A stretch of DNA of 64,000 nt from Lytechinus pictus (lineage: Eukaryota), in assembly GCF_037042905.1 (NCBI RefSeq), contig NC_087245.1, positions 28,334,001 to 28,398,000 on the forward strand, given 5' to 3'. Made by a program: the position numbers and the translations under genes. Shown in pieces: positions 12,901 to 25,085 of this stretch. Position 1 is the stretch's first letter. Every line of letters begins with the position of its first letter. The notes below the pieces were generated by a model. The model saw nothing but the letters and a program-made list of their open reading frames with translations. It did no database searches and was not told the DNA's origin.

Positions 12901-15900
12901 ATGTCTCCTTGTTGATATTCGAGGGACAGTTCATGATCTCTGGCGATCCATCCGCTGCAGTAAGATGGATTTTTGAAAAATATAATACATAGTGAAAGCT
13001 TGTGAAGTACACCTGTTTTTCTATTGAAAATACGAAATGGGTAATTAGACCTTGTAGAGCATTATAGGTGGAGACAATTTTTAAAAGAAATTACAATAAT
13101 TTATTTCAAAGGCGTCAACCGGTCAAAATAAGAGAGGTGCTATTAGTTAGGAAAATAAATGACTGACCCCGCGAGTTGGAGAGTGTGGGAGGGGTTCCGC
13201 TCTCTCACTGTATGGTTTTTTTTTTACTTATTCTTGCTTGGGATAATGCCTTTTGGTGCTTATTTGCAGGGTCTAATTTTATCTACTTTAAACGCTTTTT
13301 TGTTCATTGCTAGAGGCAACTGAGAGGATAAAAAGTATTATTTAGTAATATCTGATAAAAAATAAGAAAAGTGGGGGCCGGGGAAGAAATGATATGATCC
13401 CCCCCCCCCACCTGCTGACGCCTATAAGTATCATTTTTTAAACCGAATATTCTATATTCTATTTCAATATTGGGATGGCATAGATGTGAATATGTAGTTC
13501 ACATTTCTTTAAGAACACATGTGCTTACGGACAATGGTCAGATTGAAGGAACAGGTGGCACTATTTCCGCTCCCATCCACTGCGGTATAGGTGATCTCAG
13601 TGGAGGTATTGATTTGAAAGTAGCTTCCTGGTGAGTGGCTGGAGCTCAGTAGAACTTTTCCAGAATTGTCCGAAGCTATCGGGACATTCCAGGTGGCCAG
13701 TGCAGAGTTGTTCACATTGAGGCTCTCTGGGCATGTCAGCCAGGGTGGTTGCTCATCTAGGGAGTGAGATGGAAAGGAGATAATGAATAGTGGGTGAACT
13801 CAAAATACTTGTAGAGCTTTCGGTGAACTGCAGATCCTCCATTTTGACAGGGATCGAGCGAACCGGTTCACTGGAATTAAGCAACTTGTCCCCCCTCTCT
13901 CCCGGGATGTGATCAAGCCATGGCTCGAGTCACCTACTAGTACATGACTCAAACAGTATACCATGACTCGTTCCCATATGAACAGTGACTCAGCCGACTC
14001 GACTCGACCCAAAATTTGGTGACTCGTTACAACTCTGTGATTGAGTTTGTGTTATCCTGTGGGAAAGTGTTTGTTTTTGGCAATATTCAAAGACAGCTTG
14101 GCTTCGAAAGGCTCAAACGGAAAGAACACTTAGTCAACACGGTTCGGTAGTCAACCAGAGCTTTATGAACACAATGTGTGCACATAATGTGATGCGTGTA
14201 GGTTGTCACACAGGGAAACGGTTCTCAGTGTGTGATTTAATTCTTTACTGTATATATCGACACGCATATTGTGTTCACATCGACACGTAGTAAGGAACTT
14301 GCAGCTCTGTGAAATTCACTTGCCACAGTTTGTTCACATAGTGCCCCTGCAGTAAAGATAAGAACCACCATATGACTGTAAAGAAGATATCCACTGTATG
14401 GCATTCATTTAGCAGTGTGTTCATATATTTCCACGCAGTGACACATTGTGAAGAAGATTTTGACACGTACTGTGACGTTTGTTCAGCACAGTGTCAACAT
14501 AGTGTGATGGCGTATGATGGGTATTTTTTTAATGAAATATTGATAAAATGTCAATTATGTATTAAAAATAACGAAGCATGGATGGGCATTGTTGTTTTCC
14601 ATAAATAATCAATTTAAATGATATATTTTCCAACAGAAATTGTGTTAGAATGTGTACTATTACATCCAAATTTTATGTTGATAATGATATCAACATTTTA
14701 ATAACCATTTCTTATAAGCTTCTATCATTATGGGTGCAAACTCTGATTCTTACGTATGAAACTGCATGTATTTAGGTGTGGCCCCCTTGCCAAAAAAAAA
14801 AACACAGTGAGACACATGATGTGACAATATTGGTTTCACACTGTGGTCATTCTGTATTCACATTGTCATTCCACTGCAATAGATTGGAACAGTCTGTCAA
14901 CACTGTGGATTCTTACATATAGTGACTTTACCATAGAGGGAAAATTTGTCCCACTTAATCACAATGAAATACTTATGTGAACACGGTGTGACGCAAAAAA
15001 CAATCATACACTATATATTGTCATACCGTGTTCACATTACCAGTTTACTGAGACAAAGTGGGGCAGTTTTCACTCTGTGGTTTAGTCACTATGTAAAATT
15101 ATACAAAGTGTTGGCACTTTGTACCACAGTGTAAAAACGTGCTCCGGTTTATGGCAGTGAAATGACTATGGGAACACACTGTGGATCACAGTATTGTCAC
15201 ACTGTGTTTCACGTACAGTGTGGTGATTATTGTGTTCTTTCCGGCAGGGCTATTGCAGTCTTACCCGCATATAATAGGTCGCCCCATAAAACATTTCAGG
15301 AGACATTTGAATTCGGTGCATTTTTGCATTCTTTCAAATAGTATCTACTATTCATTACATTTTAGGCATATGCTATACACATAAAAAAACATATGGAATG
15401 AAACAATATATGGTTATACTAGTTCATTGATGATTTTCAAAATAATTAACAATTTCCTGTGTATGAACTATTTTTAAAGCAGCAGTTACCCAAGCTATTT
15501 AATAGTATAATAACAGAGTTTACCAGTATCCCGGGACTATGATGATTATTCTGGATATAGGCCTACAAAAAGGTCATTAGATTATTTATTTCATGATAAT
15601 TCTTTCATAAGTACTATACCCATTATTTTTTGTTGTTTTTATTTTTTAAAAACCCTGTTAAATATAAAAATCTTTATTCACCTTTCACTTCCACTTGAAA
15701 AGTACATCTGTAATCTGGGAAATCGGTGATGAATACCGTTACGTCAGTCACACCAAGGTCAAAGGTTGTCCCGTTCGACGGATTAGAGGTCAAAGGGAAA
15801 AGATCAATACGATTCTCACTTGGAAAGTCCCAGATGACATTGGCCGTTGTCACATTCTCATCATTAGACTGAGAAAAACTTGTTGGACACACCGGATTGG

Positions 15901-18900
15901 CTGAAGAAAAAAAAAAGAAAAGAAAGTACGCTGAAGTTAACGCAAACAGTTCTGTAATCTTTACAAAGTTTATATAGGGAAAATTTGATATACTTGTACG
16001 TTCTTTTAAAGAATGTATGGCCATTTGAAATAACTACATGAGAAAGAGAATGGTATATGACTGAATAGAGCAGCATTCATCTTACCCAAAACAACAAGTC
16101 GAAAGGTGCAGTCTGTAGAACCACTGAGCATTGCCGTGATGTTGTATATCCCAACCGTGAAAGTGGTATTATCTGCTGGGTCGTATATGACGTTTTCTGG
16201 AGAAGTGACGTTGGTTGCGTAACGAACTGTCACGTTACTGGACCAGTCGGGTGCCTGAATAATTTGATCTTGACATTCCATTGCCAAAGCTATATAAATT
16301 GATTTTTTAAAGAGAAATTAAAGCGAGATATCGGATTATAACACTGATACGACACATTTGTTAAATCGTGGAGCTCTGTGTTAATAGCTCCATGGTTAAA
16401 TCAATGCTAAGTTTACATTAGCTACGATCATCGTACGAAGGATTCTATACTCTTTTAGGGGGCATTATTGTAGATGCCTACGAAGTTAATGGTTGATATA
16501 TTTAGGCCCATCGTACGAGTCAGTGTGTTCGGCATTGTAGAAGGCCAAAGAAAAAAACCCCAAAAAAAAAGACCGCACGGAGATCGTATAGATACTGTAC
16601 GACGTCCCTTCCTTGACCATTACGATAGCCTTAGCTGCGCTAATCGCAAGAAGCCCCTTTACGATGTGTTTATAGGGCTACGTTCTCCCGATTTTGACAA
16701 TTGCGTATACCTCCGGGCTGAACATAATCGTATTCTCTGTACGATGACCGTAAATCCGTAAGAAGTAAATACGACGAACGTGAATACGTACATAATTCTT
16801 ACGATTCGTATGCCATCATACGAGTAGCAGTACGCGATCATCCTACGATAATCGTAATACGAAATAATGTTAACAGTTTATGACAAATCGAATATGAATA
16901 CCAAAAATAAATGTATACTTTTGCCTAACGATTTTTTAAAACTACATCGAGTACGTTCTTTTGTTTAAACATGAAACTTGGAAGATTATTATGTCAAAAT
17001 GGCATGTAACACTTAAATGCATACCAGGGAAGGAATCACAGAGAAGAGGTTGGGAGACCAGCCTCTATGAAAAAAAATTAAGGAGGGGGCGGATAAAAAA
17101 AAAACTTTAAAAGATGACAGAAGTTAATAAAAGATGACAGAAGTTAATAAAAATGAAAGGTATGGGCTCTTATTATTCAATTGAGAGAGAGAGAGAAGGG
17201 GAAAAACGTAAACTATAGTTTGTCGAGCACTCCGCCCCCTATCAAAATATCTTGATGATGCGCCCCTGCTTCAATGTGAACTTTTCCCCAGTGTGTCAGG
17301 AATGTTGAATTGTCTGTAACCATTCTTTCTTGCTTCAACGATAAAGCTCCTTTTGCCGGAAACATATTGGTAAAACAATTAATTTAAAGGGGAATCCAAC
17401 CCAAATAAAAACTTGTTTTTATAAGAAGAAGAAAAATGAGACAAGTTGATAGGTGAAAGTTTGAACAATATTGGACAAACAACAAGAAAGTTATGATTTT
17501 TTTAAAGTTGTAAATATTGGTAATCACTATACCCATGGAGACTTCAAATTGGCCGCATATGGGGTGTCATAGTGATGTAAGGCAAGGACTACTCTTCCAT
17601 GTACTCCAATACATATTGTGGCTAAAATGTCATTTTCCCAAAAAGTTTTATTTCAAATTATATTTTTCTTTCATATGAGGACATAAAAATATACTACCTG
17701 GATTATCTTTAGATTACTGCCCCAGGGGAATGGGTACTTAGCAGAAAACCACAAATCCCTGATAATAAAGTACATGGCCTATGGGAAAGTTGTCCTTGCC
17801 CCTTGTCATAATTTACTTACCCAGTTGCCAATTTGAAATCTACATACTATTAGTGATCTCAATTTAAAAGCAGCTATAACTTTCTTATTCCTTGTCCGAT
17901 TTCTTTCAAACTTTCGCCATTCTGTTTAATTTATTTTTCTCCTTCCCAACACAACATTTTATGGCAAAGGCTGGATTCCCCTTTAAACTTACTAAAACCC
18001 AAGTTCATAATGCACAAAACCTTTCTATAGTTAAAAAAAAAAATCTATGAAACAATCAAATTAAATCAATATATTGACACAAAAATACATGGAACGAATT
18101 AAAAACATAAGAAAATATACAATATACATGAATGATATATTTTGTCATTACTTTAAGACGGTATATGAACAAAGTGTTTGATTTTTCACAATAAGGTTGG
18201 TTTTTGAAGGGTGTGCGCGGTTAAATTATACTATATATATACATGATTTTTTTGCTATTTCAATTTGTTTTAAACTTGCATGCTCTACTTATTTTGTTTT
18301 TCAATGCAATGTGTGCAAATAAAATGTATATTAAATTAGACCATTTCATGGATGGTCTGGCATGGTTTGTAGGAAATCTGTTTGTGAGAAAAACTTTAAG
18401 TACAGAAGAAAAATATTTCAACAAAAATATATCATGCAATTCGGAATTTATTTACATTTGGCAAATAAAAAAATTATCCACTACCCGTTTTACAGCTACA
18501 TGTTGACTATTTGTTCTTTCTCCCTTTTCTATGCCGGTGTAGCGGTGATCTAGTTCCACCAGCGGATACGGTATCCGCCTGTTCTTAACGGCAGATATCG
18601 TTCATTACTCGGAACCATATCATATCTGCCGGGTTGACGCGGTTTGATTTTCTTATTATTTATTTTCATATTAAAGTATATAAATTTAAAATGTCAGGTC
18701 CTATACAATTTTGAAGGAAATGGGTATCTTGTGCATGCAGAACGAGAAACGATAGCAAGAACGATATCTGCCGAAGAGAAATTTGTTCTGAATCCTTCAG
18801 AGTACTGTTGGAACACGATCCGCCGGCAAATAGTGGCCTAGAACCGTATTTTGCTATAGCACCGGATCCACCGCTACACCAGCAGTCAATTCCCCCTTCT

Positions 18901-20985
18901 TCATTCCAACTTCCTCCCCTTCCCCATCTGCATCCAATTTTGGAATGCTCTTCCTAATCAAGTAAAAAGCAGTTTTCTTCACTTTAAGATTGCATTAAAG
19001 AAGCACCTAAAACTGGAATCTACTCGAGAACTGTATTACCAGTAAAAATCACACATTTTGTACAGTTGGTTTTTAGTATTGTAGATAATTTAGGGTATGA
19101 TAAAATATAATTCTTGTTTTATATTAGGTAGATTATTGTTTGCTTCAGGTATTTGCAAATTATTTGACTGATGGATATGTATTTTTTAAAACCATATTCC
19201 AGTACTTGTAGTAATGTATGTTTAATGTTTTTTTTTACTAACAATATAGGACCCCATTGGAAATAAGCCTTTCGGCTTTCATGGGCTATCCTGTCAAGGT
19301 ATTCTTCAATTTCATTGTCACCTGTGATATTCTTGGCGAATAAAATCAATCCATAGATCTATCAATTTTCTATCTTCTTGTCATATATACAGTATTTCTT
19401 CCTTCCCATATTTCTCTCTCTCCCTTCCCATTCTTCCTCTTCTCTCACTCTTCAACTCTCTCTCTCTCTCCCTCTCTTCTCTTTCTCTCTCTCTCTCTAT
19501 ATCCGTTTCTACCATAAACGGGTGCACAGAAAACGTTATCACACCCTTCAAGAGTCGAGAATCTGTTTTCTTCTTTATATAAAAAAAATGGGAAAAAAAC
19601 CCAGAGGTGTTTGCATTGTTATTCATTTTGTAGATCACACGTCCCATTGTCACGCTCACATCCATCTCTATTGTATCGTTATATGGGCGTATAGCAGAAT
19701 AAATATTTGCCGATCCAAAATGGTGGGTACCAGTCCAAGTTTTTTTGTGTTTAAACAAAAAAAATTAGTACTACATATTTTCCAAGGAAAATAAGACAAT
19801 GGGACAAGGATGAATAAAGGACACCAAAACTCATACCTCACAGAAATGACATTCATTCGTGACTCACTATTTTCTAACATTTTTAAATACGTCGTCTCAT
19901 TGCTACTAATCTTTATTAGTGACTGTCATTTAAAAAAAAGGCGAACTAATATTTCGATACAGGAAAACACATCCATTTATCATTTTATACAGTCATGCTT
20001 ATAAAAGAAGTCGTATAACAGAAGGGTTTTCACAAATGCTCCCAAAACTTAGTTGACACTTTACTTTCATTTATATACTTGTAACATTAATTTTCATTGA
20101 TATCTCTAAAAAGCACTGAACAATTAAAAACATTAGAATGGTAATTTATGTCGTTAAAACTTGGAAAATCAATGCGATTCCTCACAAATTTCAAAAACTT
20201 CTGTAATTCTCATAAAACTTTCATCTACACTATGACAAAAAAAATATATGTTTGTCGTTATCAAAAATAATCTAAACAACGCTGTTTACAATGTGAATCG
20301 CACAGTAGTTGTTTAAATATTTTAAACAAGTGTTTAAAATCTTAAACAACAGAGTATAAATTCAAATATTCAATTATCAATCATTTAAGCATGGTTGTTT
20401 TAAACTGTTTGAATAACTACTGTGCGATTCACATAGTAAACAGCGTTGTTTTAATTATTTTTAACAGAGTATAATTCATGAAACTCACTGTTATGGTTCT
20501 GTAATTTAAACTGCATGGAAAGCAATTCGTGTTTGATTAAATGGACCCACTTTTCGCAAAATTCAAGAACCTCCGGAATTTTGCTTAGTATCTTACATAG
20601 CCACACAAGAAAAGTGTATAAAGATTAATGTATAGGCCTATGCAAAGAAGAAATACTTTAAAAATATCATATATACAGCATGAACCAATTCTGAGTAGAT
20701 TTTCAGAAGATAAAATATGACCGCATGGCCACAAATGTACCCCTCATAAAGAGGTAATCCACGATATAACACACACGCACATACATACATCCCCCATCAC
20801 TCAAACACACCTAACTTATTGTGAATATTCCCCCCCCCAAAAAAAAAAAAAAAAAAAAAAAAAAAATGCTTCATATCAAGAAGAGGAAATATCTTACACT
20901 GTTGCGATAAAGACATGGCGACCAAAGCAAAGAAGAACACGAGACTGATAGTCTTATGTCCATCTTCACATTTAAACCTCATCAT
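700..20985 (-). CDS. Secreted or cell-surface protein with signal peptide and >=9 tandem HYR domains (hyalin-like); 3' part lies beyond the left edge
   Basis: Exons 20985-20898, 16289-16086, 15900-15682, 13756-13529, 12954-12700, 12035-11766, 11295-11044, 6210-5962, 4353-4229, 2730-2610 and 954-700 all have AG/GT boundaries and join in one frame (2266 nt, ~755 codons). Modules show the HYR pattern D..pP...CP..i......V.W..P.a.DN.......F..G.T.V.Y.a.D..GN...C.F.v.V. Confidence 0.88.
1018..1264. mobile_element. Palindromic MITE
   Basis: CACTG...CGGTGTTGATTTAACACCAGCC arm inverted at the right end ...CAGTG. Confidence 0.7.
2181..2595. mobile_element. PIF/Harbinger-like MITE
   Basis: TAA|AGGTGACCGCACACCTTACGA...TCGTAAGGTGTGCGGTGGCCT|TAA. 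Confidence 0.7.
2610..2730 (-). CDS. HYR gene exon, second half of module 8
   Basis: Phase-0 start AIHSHESP...VNYTVRDLRNNTKSCTFQLQAN, then a phase-1 GTAGG donor. Confidence 0.8.
3145..3490. mobile_element. Two adjacent palindromic Harbinger-like MITEs
   Basis: GGGCC(A/G)TTTCATAAAGCTGTTCG...GACTTTAAGAACGACTGGTGA arms inverted in each copy; CAG flanks. Confidence 0.7.
3535..4126. mobile_element. TTAA-type MITE
   Basis: TIR AGGACAAGTCCACCCCA...TGGGGTGGACTTGTCCT with inverted subterminal motifs. Confidence 0.8.
4229..4353 (-). CDS. HYR gene exon, first half of module 8
   Basis: Not in the ORF track. DPAPVLSCPSEMIINSTVSGQSYADIYWLDEITVTDDTPVT after a ctccAG acceptor, ending at a phase-0 GTAGAT donor. 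Confidence 0.8.
4819..5674. mobile_element. MITE with duplicated left end and internal GCTCGCGGTTCTGAACCGCGAGC palindromes
   Basis: ACCGTGTTTACACTTAATCGGCATTTG at 4819 and ~5296; inverted copy ends ~5674. Confidence 0.65.
5962..6210 (-). CDS. HYR gene exon, module 7
   Basis: DTELPVVDCPDDI...VMWEPPYITDNSG...DEAGNVGLPCIFIVSVI; phase 1-1. Confidence 0.9.
6237..10290. mobile_element. Non-autonomous foldback/MULE-like element with tandem-repeat inverted arms
   Basis: Left arm (6237-~6635) of GGTTCGTTA(A/T)TCCGAA(AACGAAATAA) units, inverted on the right (~9925-10290); exact 9-bp TSD CAAAAGAAC (6228-6236/10291-10299). Confidence 0.85.
8205..8473 (-). mobile_element. tRNA-derived SINE (internally deleted relative at ~22055-22148)
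   Basis: TGGCCCAGTGG A box, GGTTCGAATCC B box, body ...CACTCAACCCAGGTGAGGTGAATGGGTACCCGG..., (ATT)n tail. Confidence 0.8.
11044..11295 (-). CDS. HYR gene exon, module 6
   Basis: DNENPVISGCP...VDWTSPNATDN...FDEGVTRVTYTATD...CEFYITII; phase 1-1. Confidence 0.9.
11766..12035 (-). CDS. HYR gene exon, module 5
   Basis: TDTEAPRLDDGVTCP...EPTFTDN...FTAGSTQVLYVAADSAFNMNTNCIIDVIVN; phase 1-1. Confidence 0.9.
12700..12954 (-). CDS. HYR gene exon, module 4
   Basis: DGSPEIMNCP...FDLGTTKVTYTFRDENGLSSKCVFLVSIT; phase 1-1. Confidence 0.9.
13529..13756 (-). CDS. HYR gene exon, module 3
   Basis: DEQPPWLTCP...WNVPIASDNSG...YTAVDGSGNSATCSFNLTIV; phase 1-1. Confidence 0.9.
15682..15900 (-). CDS. HYR gene exon, module 2
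   Basis: ANPVCP...VIWDFP...TFDLGVTDVTV...CTFQVEVK; phase 1-1. Confidence 0.85.
16086..16289 (-). CDS. HYR gene exon, short divergent HYR module 1
   Basis: LAMECQDQ...TFTVGIYNITAMLSGSTDCTFRLVVLG; phase 1-1, AG/GTAAG. Confidence 0.8.
17388..17982. mobile_element. TTAA-targeting MITE (Kolobok/T2-type ends), family A
   Basis: TTAA|AGGGGAATCCA...TGGATTCCCCT|TTAA. Confidence 0.85.
18531..18884. mobile_element. MITE
   Basis: TGCCGGTGTAGCGGTGATC...GATCCACCGCTACACCAGCA inverted ends. Confidence 0.55.
20264..20470. repeat. Palindromic MITE-like repeat
   Basis: AAACAACGCTGTTTAC.ATGTGAATCGCACAGTAGTT and its inverse ~100 bp later. Confidence 0.65.
20898..20985 (-). CDS. HYR gene coding exon 1 (signal peptide)
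   Basis: MMRFKCEDGHKTISLVFFFALVAMSLSQQ followed by a phase-1 GTAAG donor that joins in frame to the exon at 16289. Confidence 0.7.
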
Positions 20986-21276
20986 GACTATCCGATATCT
21001 TAGTTGTCAATCCTTGGAAAACATTCCATGCAATGATTCAAATCTGTTTCTATACTATTTCTCCCTTCCTCTTGGCGAGTTGAAAAGGGCGTATCTCTTT
21101 GAATGATAGGAACCCGGAATGAAACTCCAGTTTATCGACGTCAGGAACGAACTTAGCAGCAGGTATACTGCAGGTGCACTGAAGCATGCTCTTAACTCCT
21201 TCGGGCGGGACCAAGGTGCGGATATGGTGCTATTATTTCTGATTGGCAAGCAGAGAATAGTTCACCTGATTCGTTG

Positions 21277-21655
21277 TAATAATAATAATTATTATTAGTA
21301 TTATCATTACTATTATCATTATTATTATCATTATTACTCTTACTATTACTATTATCATCATTACTATTATTATTTTTGGCAAAAAGAAGCTGCTGAAAAC
21401 TGCTTATCTAATAAAAGAGAGCCAATGGAGTAAATTAGAAAGTCAAAAAGGGGCCTAAGCTTTCGATCCTAGCAGAATCTTCGTCGGAGGCAAAATGACA
21501 AACATATAAAGTGGAACAACCATAATATAGACCACAGACAAGCTACAGCAACACTAGAAACAAGGAGACAAAAGGGGCATTAGTGATTATTATTATTATT
21601 ATTTTTATCACTATTATTATCATTAATATTATTTATTATTATTACTATTATTATA
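21277..21655. repeat. (ATT)n-type microsatellites flanking a ~200-bp Penelope-like remnant
   Basis: ATT/ATC/ACT triplets at 21277-21375 and 21585-21655; hammerhead-like motif between them. Confidence 0.5.
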
Positions 21656-22420
21656 TTTATGTTTAAGGGCGGGAGATACATTTTGTTAGGAGTGTGTGAC
21701 GCGACTTTCTTAAAAGAGTCCATTTTGCCCCTGAAAGTTGATCAAAAATATAATAATAATATAATAATATGTCCATTTATATGAGCGCAGTTATGTGCAT
21801 ATACTCAACTGCGCTTTGATACTTGATTTTTATTTTTTATTTTGATTTATTTATTTCCACATTCCAATAACAAAAGTTTATACAAGTGTAATAATTTTTT
21901 CTCAGCATAACATAAGCTAATGACATAAAGAATAACAAATGCATACATACATTCTAACAATCTACTTGAAATATATCTGTACCTGTTAATTTCTTTTTTC
22001 CTAAATTATTAAAACAAATAGCAGAAAAAAAATATATACATATATACTTTGTATCATATTATTACCCCGGCTGTAGCTGAGACGCCATATTAATATGCGC
22101 TCTGTTTTTAAGTCCGGAGACTAATCCACTGGGCCACAATGCTCCACGTTGATAGATAAGTTTATAGATTTTAATTTTTGTTACCTTTGTAACATGTGCA
22201 AATATGTTAAACCAAATTTACTTCTTAGCAGAGGCGAGATTTCCCTACGTCACACAGTGTCGTCAACATCATCTAATAACTCTGCATCATTGGGCATGAT
22301 TTCACATGATTGAAATCAAAAGTCATCTGGGTCAAAGAAGAATGACCATGCATCAAAAACTCGGCCAAGGATAAGATTTTAGATTCCAAGATGATTTTGA
22401 ACGCATTGAGTTAAATTACC

Positions 22421-23404
22421 GGGTCATTCGCTATTCCGAAGATTCGTTAATCCGAAAACGAAATAAGGTTCGTTAATCCGAAAACGAAATAAGGTTCGTT
22501 AATCCGAAAAATGAAATAATCTGTGGCGAAGCCGGTAACAAAAAAGGAAGGACAGGAGGGGGGGGGGGGGTAGAAACAGCGTTGCTGTTTGATTGTTATG
22601 AAGATGGGAAGGCAGGGGCGGCGGAACGTATTTTTGTTTGGGGGCAAAGCCAAATGTCAAAATGGGCATTTGGAACAAATGAAATATATACCCTTTTGAA
22701 GTACAATTATAATACATTTTAGGTTAGAAAACCACAAAACAGATGCCATTTTAATAGTAATTAGGCACTGTAATTAACCAAAGAGTGAGTTTTACAACTT
22801 TAGATTTGAAAAAAATCCATATCGATAGCTCGCTACGCTCTCTCGCTGAAAATAAAGCCTAAATAGATATCTTATCATAATTATAAATCACTTCAAAAGG
22901 CTTTGCTAAACTAAAAATTACTTCAAAACAAACGACTTCACGCAGATGATATTTTCATGGTGAAAGTATCCGTTTGCACCGTAATGCCCATTTTGACATA
23001 TATTATATTCTCTTCTGTCTTTGCCCCCCCCCCCCAAAAAAAAAGAGAAAATACGTTCCGCCGTCCCTGCCCTCCCATCCTAAAAAAAATTGAACAGCGG
23101 TGTTTCTATCCCCTCCCCCACCACTCTTGCCCATCCTGTTTCCCGACTATGTCACTTATCGGATTAACGAACCTTCGGAATAACGTATACCTTATTTCAT
23201 TTTCGGAAAAACAAACCTTATTTCGTTTTCGGACTAACGAGCCTTCGGAATAACAAACCCTATTTTGTTTTCGGATTAACGAACCCCTTTTCGTTTTCGG
23301 ACTACGAACATCGAGGTATAGGCAATTTACGTGTTTCGGAATTACGAACCTTCGCAATATAGAACCTTCGGAATAACGAACCTACGGAATTACGAAGTGT
23401 AACC
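22421..23404. mobile_element. Shorter member of the same foldback family, opposite orientation
   Basis: Same repeat arms; the GGTTACACTTCGTAATTCCG terminus is on the right; flanked by direct repeat AAATTACC. Confidence 0.8.
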
Positions 23405-23427
23405 AAATTACCAACACACACACAATA

Positions 23428-24197
23428 CAGTGCGTCCCAGAAAAAACGAAACCGAGATTAAACGATGATTTATCATAACTTAATCACAAATACAATAGAC
23501 AAATGACCTACCAATGTAAAGCTTAGAATCTCTTCTTTCATCTGATATTACTTAGATTATTCCTCATTCACGCATGAGTGAGCAAAAACAATTTGAAGAA
23601 AGGATACCAAAAACTCATTTTGCGGGGGGTATCTGAATTTCAAAAAGAAAATCACATGACTAAAAAGTTCAATATTTGCTCTTTTATTTGATATCTTAAT
23701 CACAAAAAATGGTCAAGTAGTAAAAAAGTTATGATCCCTCGAAACAATGCTTGTATTTCCATAATTTCACCGGTTTCCCACTGAAGCTATCGCACGGTAA
23801 CAAAAGACTTAATGCATGGCTGAGTTTGAATGCTAGCCTGTAAAACCTCTTCATTTTATGAAATTATTGAAATTCAAGCCTTATTTCAAATAACCAGAAC
23901 TTTGTTATTTCTTGACCATTTTCTGTGATTGAGGTATCAAATTAAAGAGCAGATATTGAACTTTTTAAAAATGTGGTTTTCTTTTTAAAACCCAGATACG
24001 GCCCGCCAAGTGACATTTTGGTATCCCCTTTTCAAATTGTTTTTGCTCACTCATGCGTGAATGAGAAATAATCTAAGTAATTTCAGACGAAAGAGGAGAT
24101 TCTAAGCTTTAAAATGGTAGGTCATTTGTCTATTGTATTTGCGATTAAGTTATGATAAATCATCGATAAATCTCGGTTTCGTTTTTTGTGGGACGCA

Positions 24198-24200
<3 letters not shown>
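23428..24200. mobile_element. Tc1/mariner-type MITE with long TIRs (decayed relative at ~40-621)
   Basis: TA|CAGTGCGTCCCA...TGGGACGCACTG|TA, ~300-bp inverted arms, followed by (TA)n. Confidence 0.85.
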
Positions 24201-24237
<37 letters not shown>

Positions 24238-24707
24238 AACATTTTATGTATTCGAGTCTGTGTTATACTTTATACTTCATAAAAGAAAAAATGTATTATT
24301 CAAGCACTAGCTAGCATACTGAGCGAAAAGTTCTGTCCCATCCCATGACCCCCCCCCCCTTTTTTTTTAAAACATTTTATTGGCAGAAAATTGCTTTCGG
24401 AAAGAGTGGTTACCTTTCACCTCTTTATTGTTCTTGTCAGAAAATCATTGCCCCTCCGTTTAAGGTTTTCCGGGTACACGACTGCATTTAAAACCGAAAG
24501 AAAAAAGTGTACTTATATCCGCTAGATTGTAGGCCACGGTCTGTGGTGTCATCCAAAACATGGCTCTACAGGATATCCGAACCGATATCCGAAGATGACG
24601 TAATACCACCCGGTACCATGCACTCTCTAAAACAATGAGCAATAAATGTATACAAATGAAAGTTGACCAGTTCACCCTGATCATGTTTTGATATTGAAAA
24701 AAGTAAC

Positions 24708-24853
24708 CAGGAGAGCATTTCATGAAACAATAAAGACAGTGATTTCTACTTACAAGTGTTATAAGCTACTGAAAATCCTTGCATCTGATTGGCTTAGAGC
24801 AAATTTGTCCAGTGAAAAACCATTGACAACGTAACTCATGAAACGTTCCCCCG
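24708..24853. mobile_element. Old Harbinger-like MITE fixed in all five Trf promoters
   Basis: CAG-GAGAGCATTTCATGAA...TTCATGAAACG(C/T)TCCCC imperfect TIR (best preserved in copies 4 and 5); contains CTGATTGGCT. Confidence 0.55.
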
Positions 24854-24881
24854 GTAAATAACAAACTAAAATAGCAATAAA

Positions 24882-24966
24882 ATGATTCAACCAGGTAATA
24901 CCTGGAAAAGCCTGACACGGTTTGGTACGAGGGCGGTTCTCGTCAGGGAGTGAAAGTGTATAAATA
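24882..24966 (+). promoter_or_regulatory. Trf core promoter (TATAAATA at 24959; equivalent TATA boxes at 33528, 42099, 49376, 57199)
   Basis: TATAAATA ~127 nt before the ATG in all five copies, preceded by TGATTCA, the palindrome CCAGGTA-A-TACCTGG, TGGAAAAGCC, GGG(C/T)GG and GAGTGAAAGTG. Confidence 0.7.
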
Positions 24967-25085
24967 CAATGAGCTATAACAGAATTTAATCAGGTTTGGA
25001 GCTGATCCTGTCATCCTGAGAAGCTATCAATACACGGAAAGAATTCAAAATTGCGGGACTGGAGTGACACCCCCAATACGCCAAC

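Noticed and set aside
14050-15250. Cluster of CACAGTG/CACTGTG words resembling RAG recombination-signal heptamers
   Set aside because: No ACAAAAACC-like nonamer at 12/23 spacing in the instances I checked; better explained as internal repeats of a decayed DNA transposon
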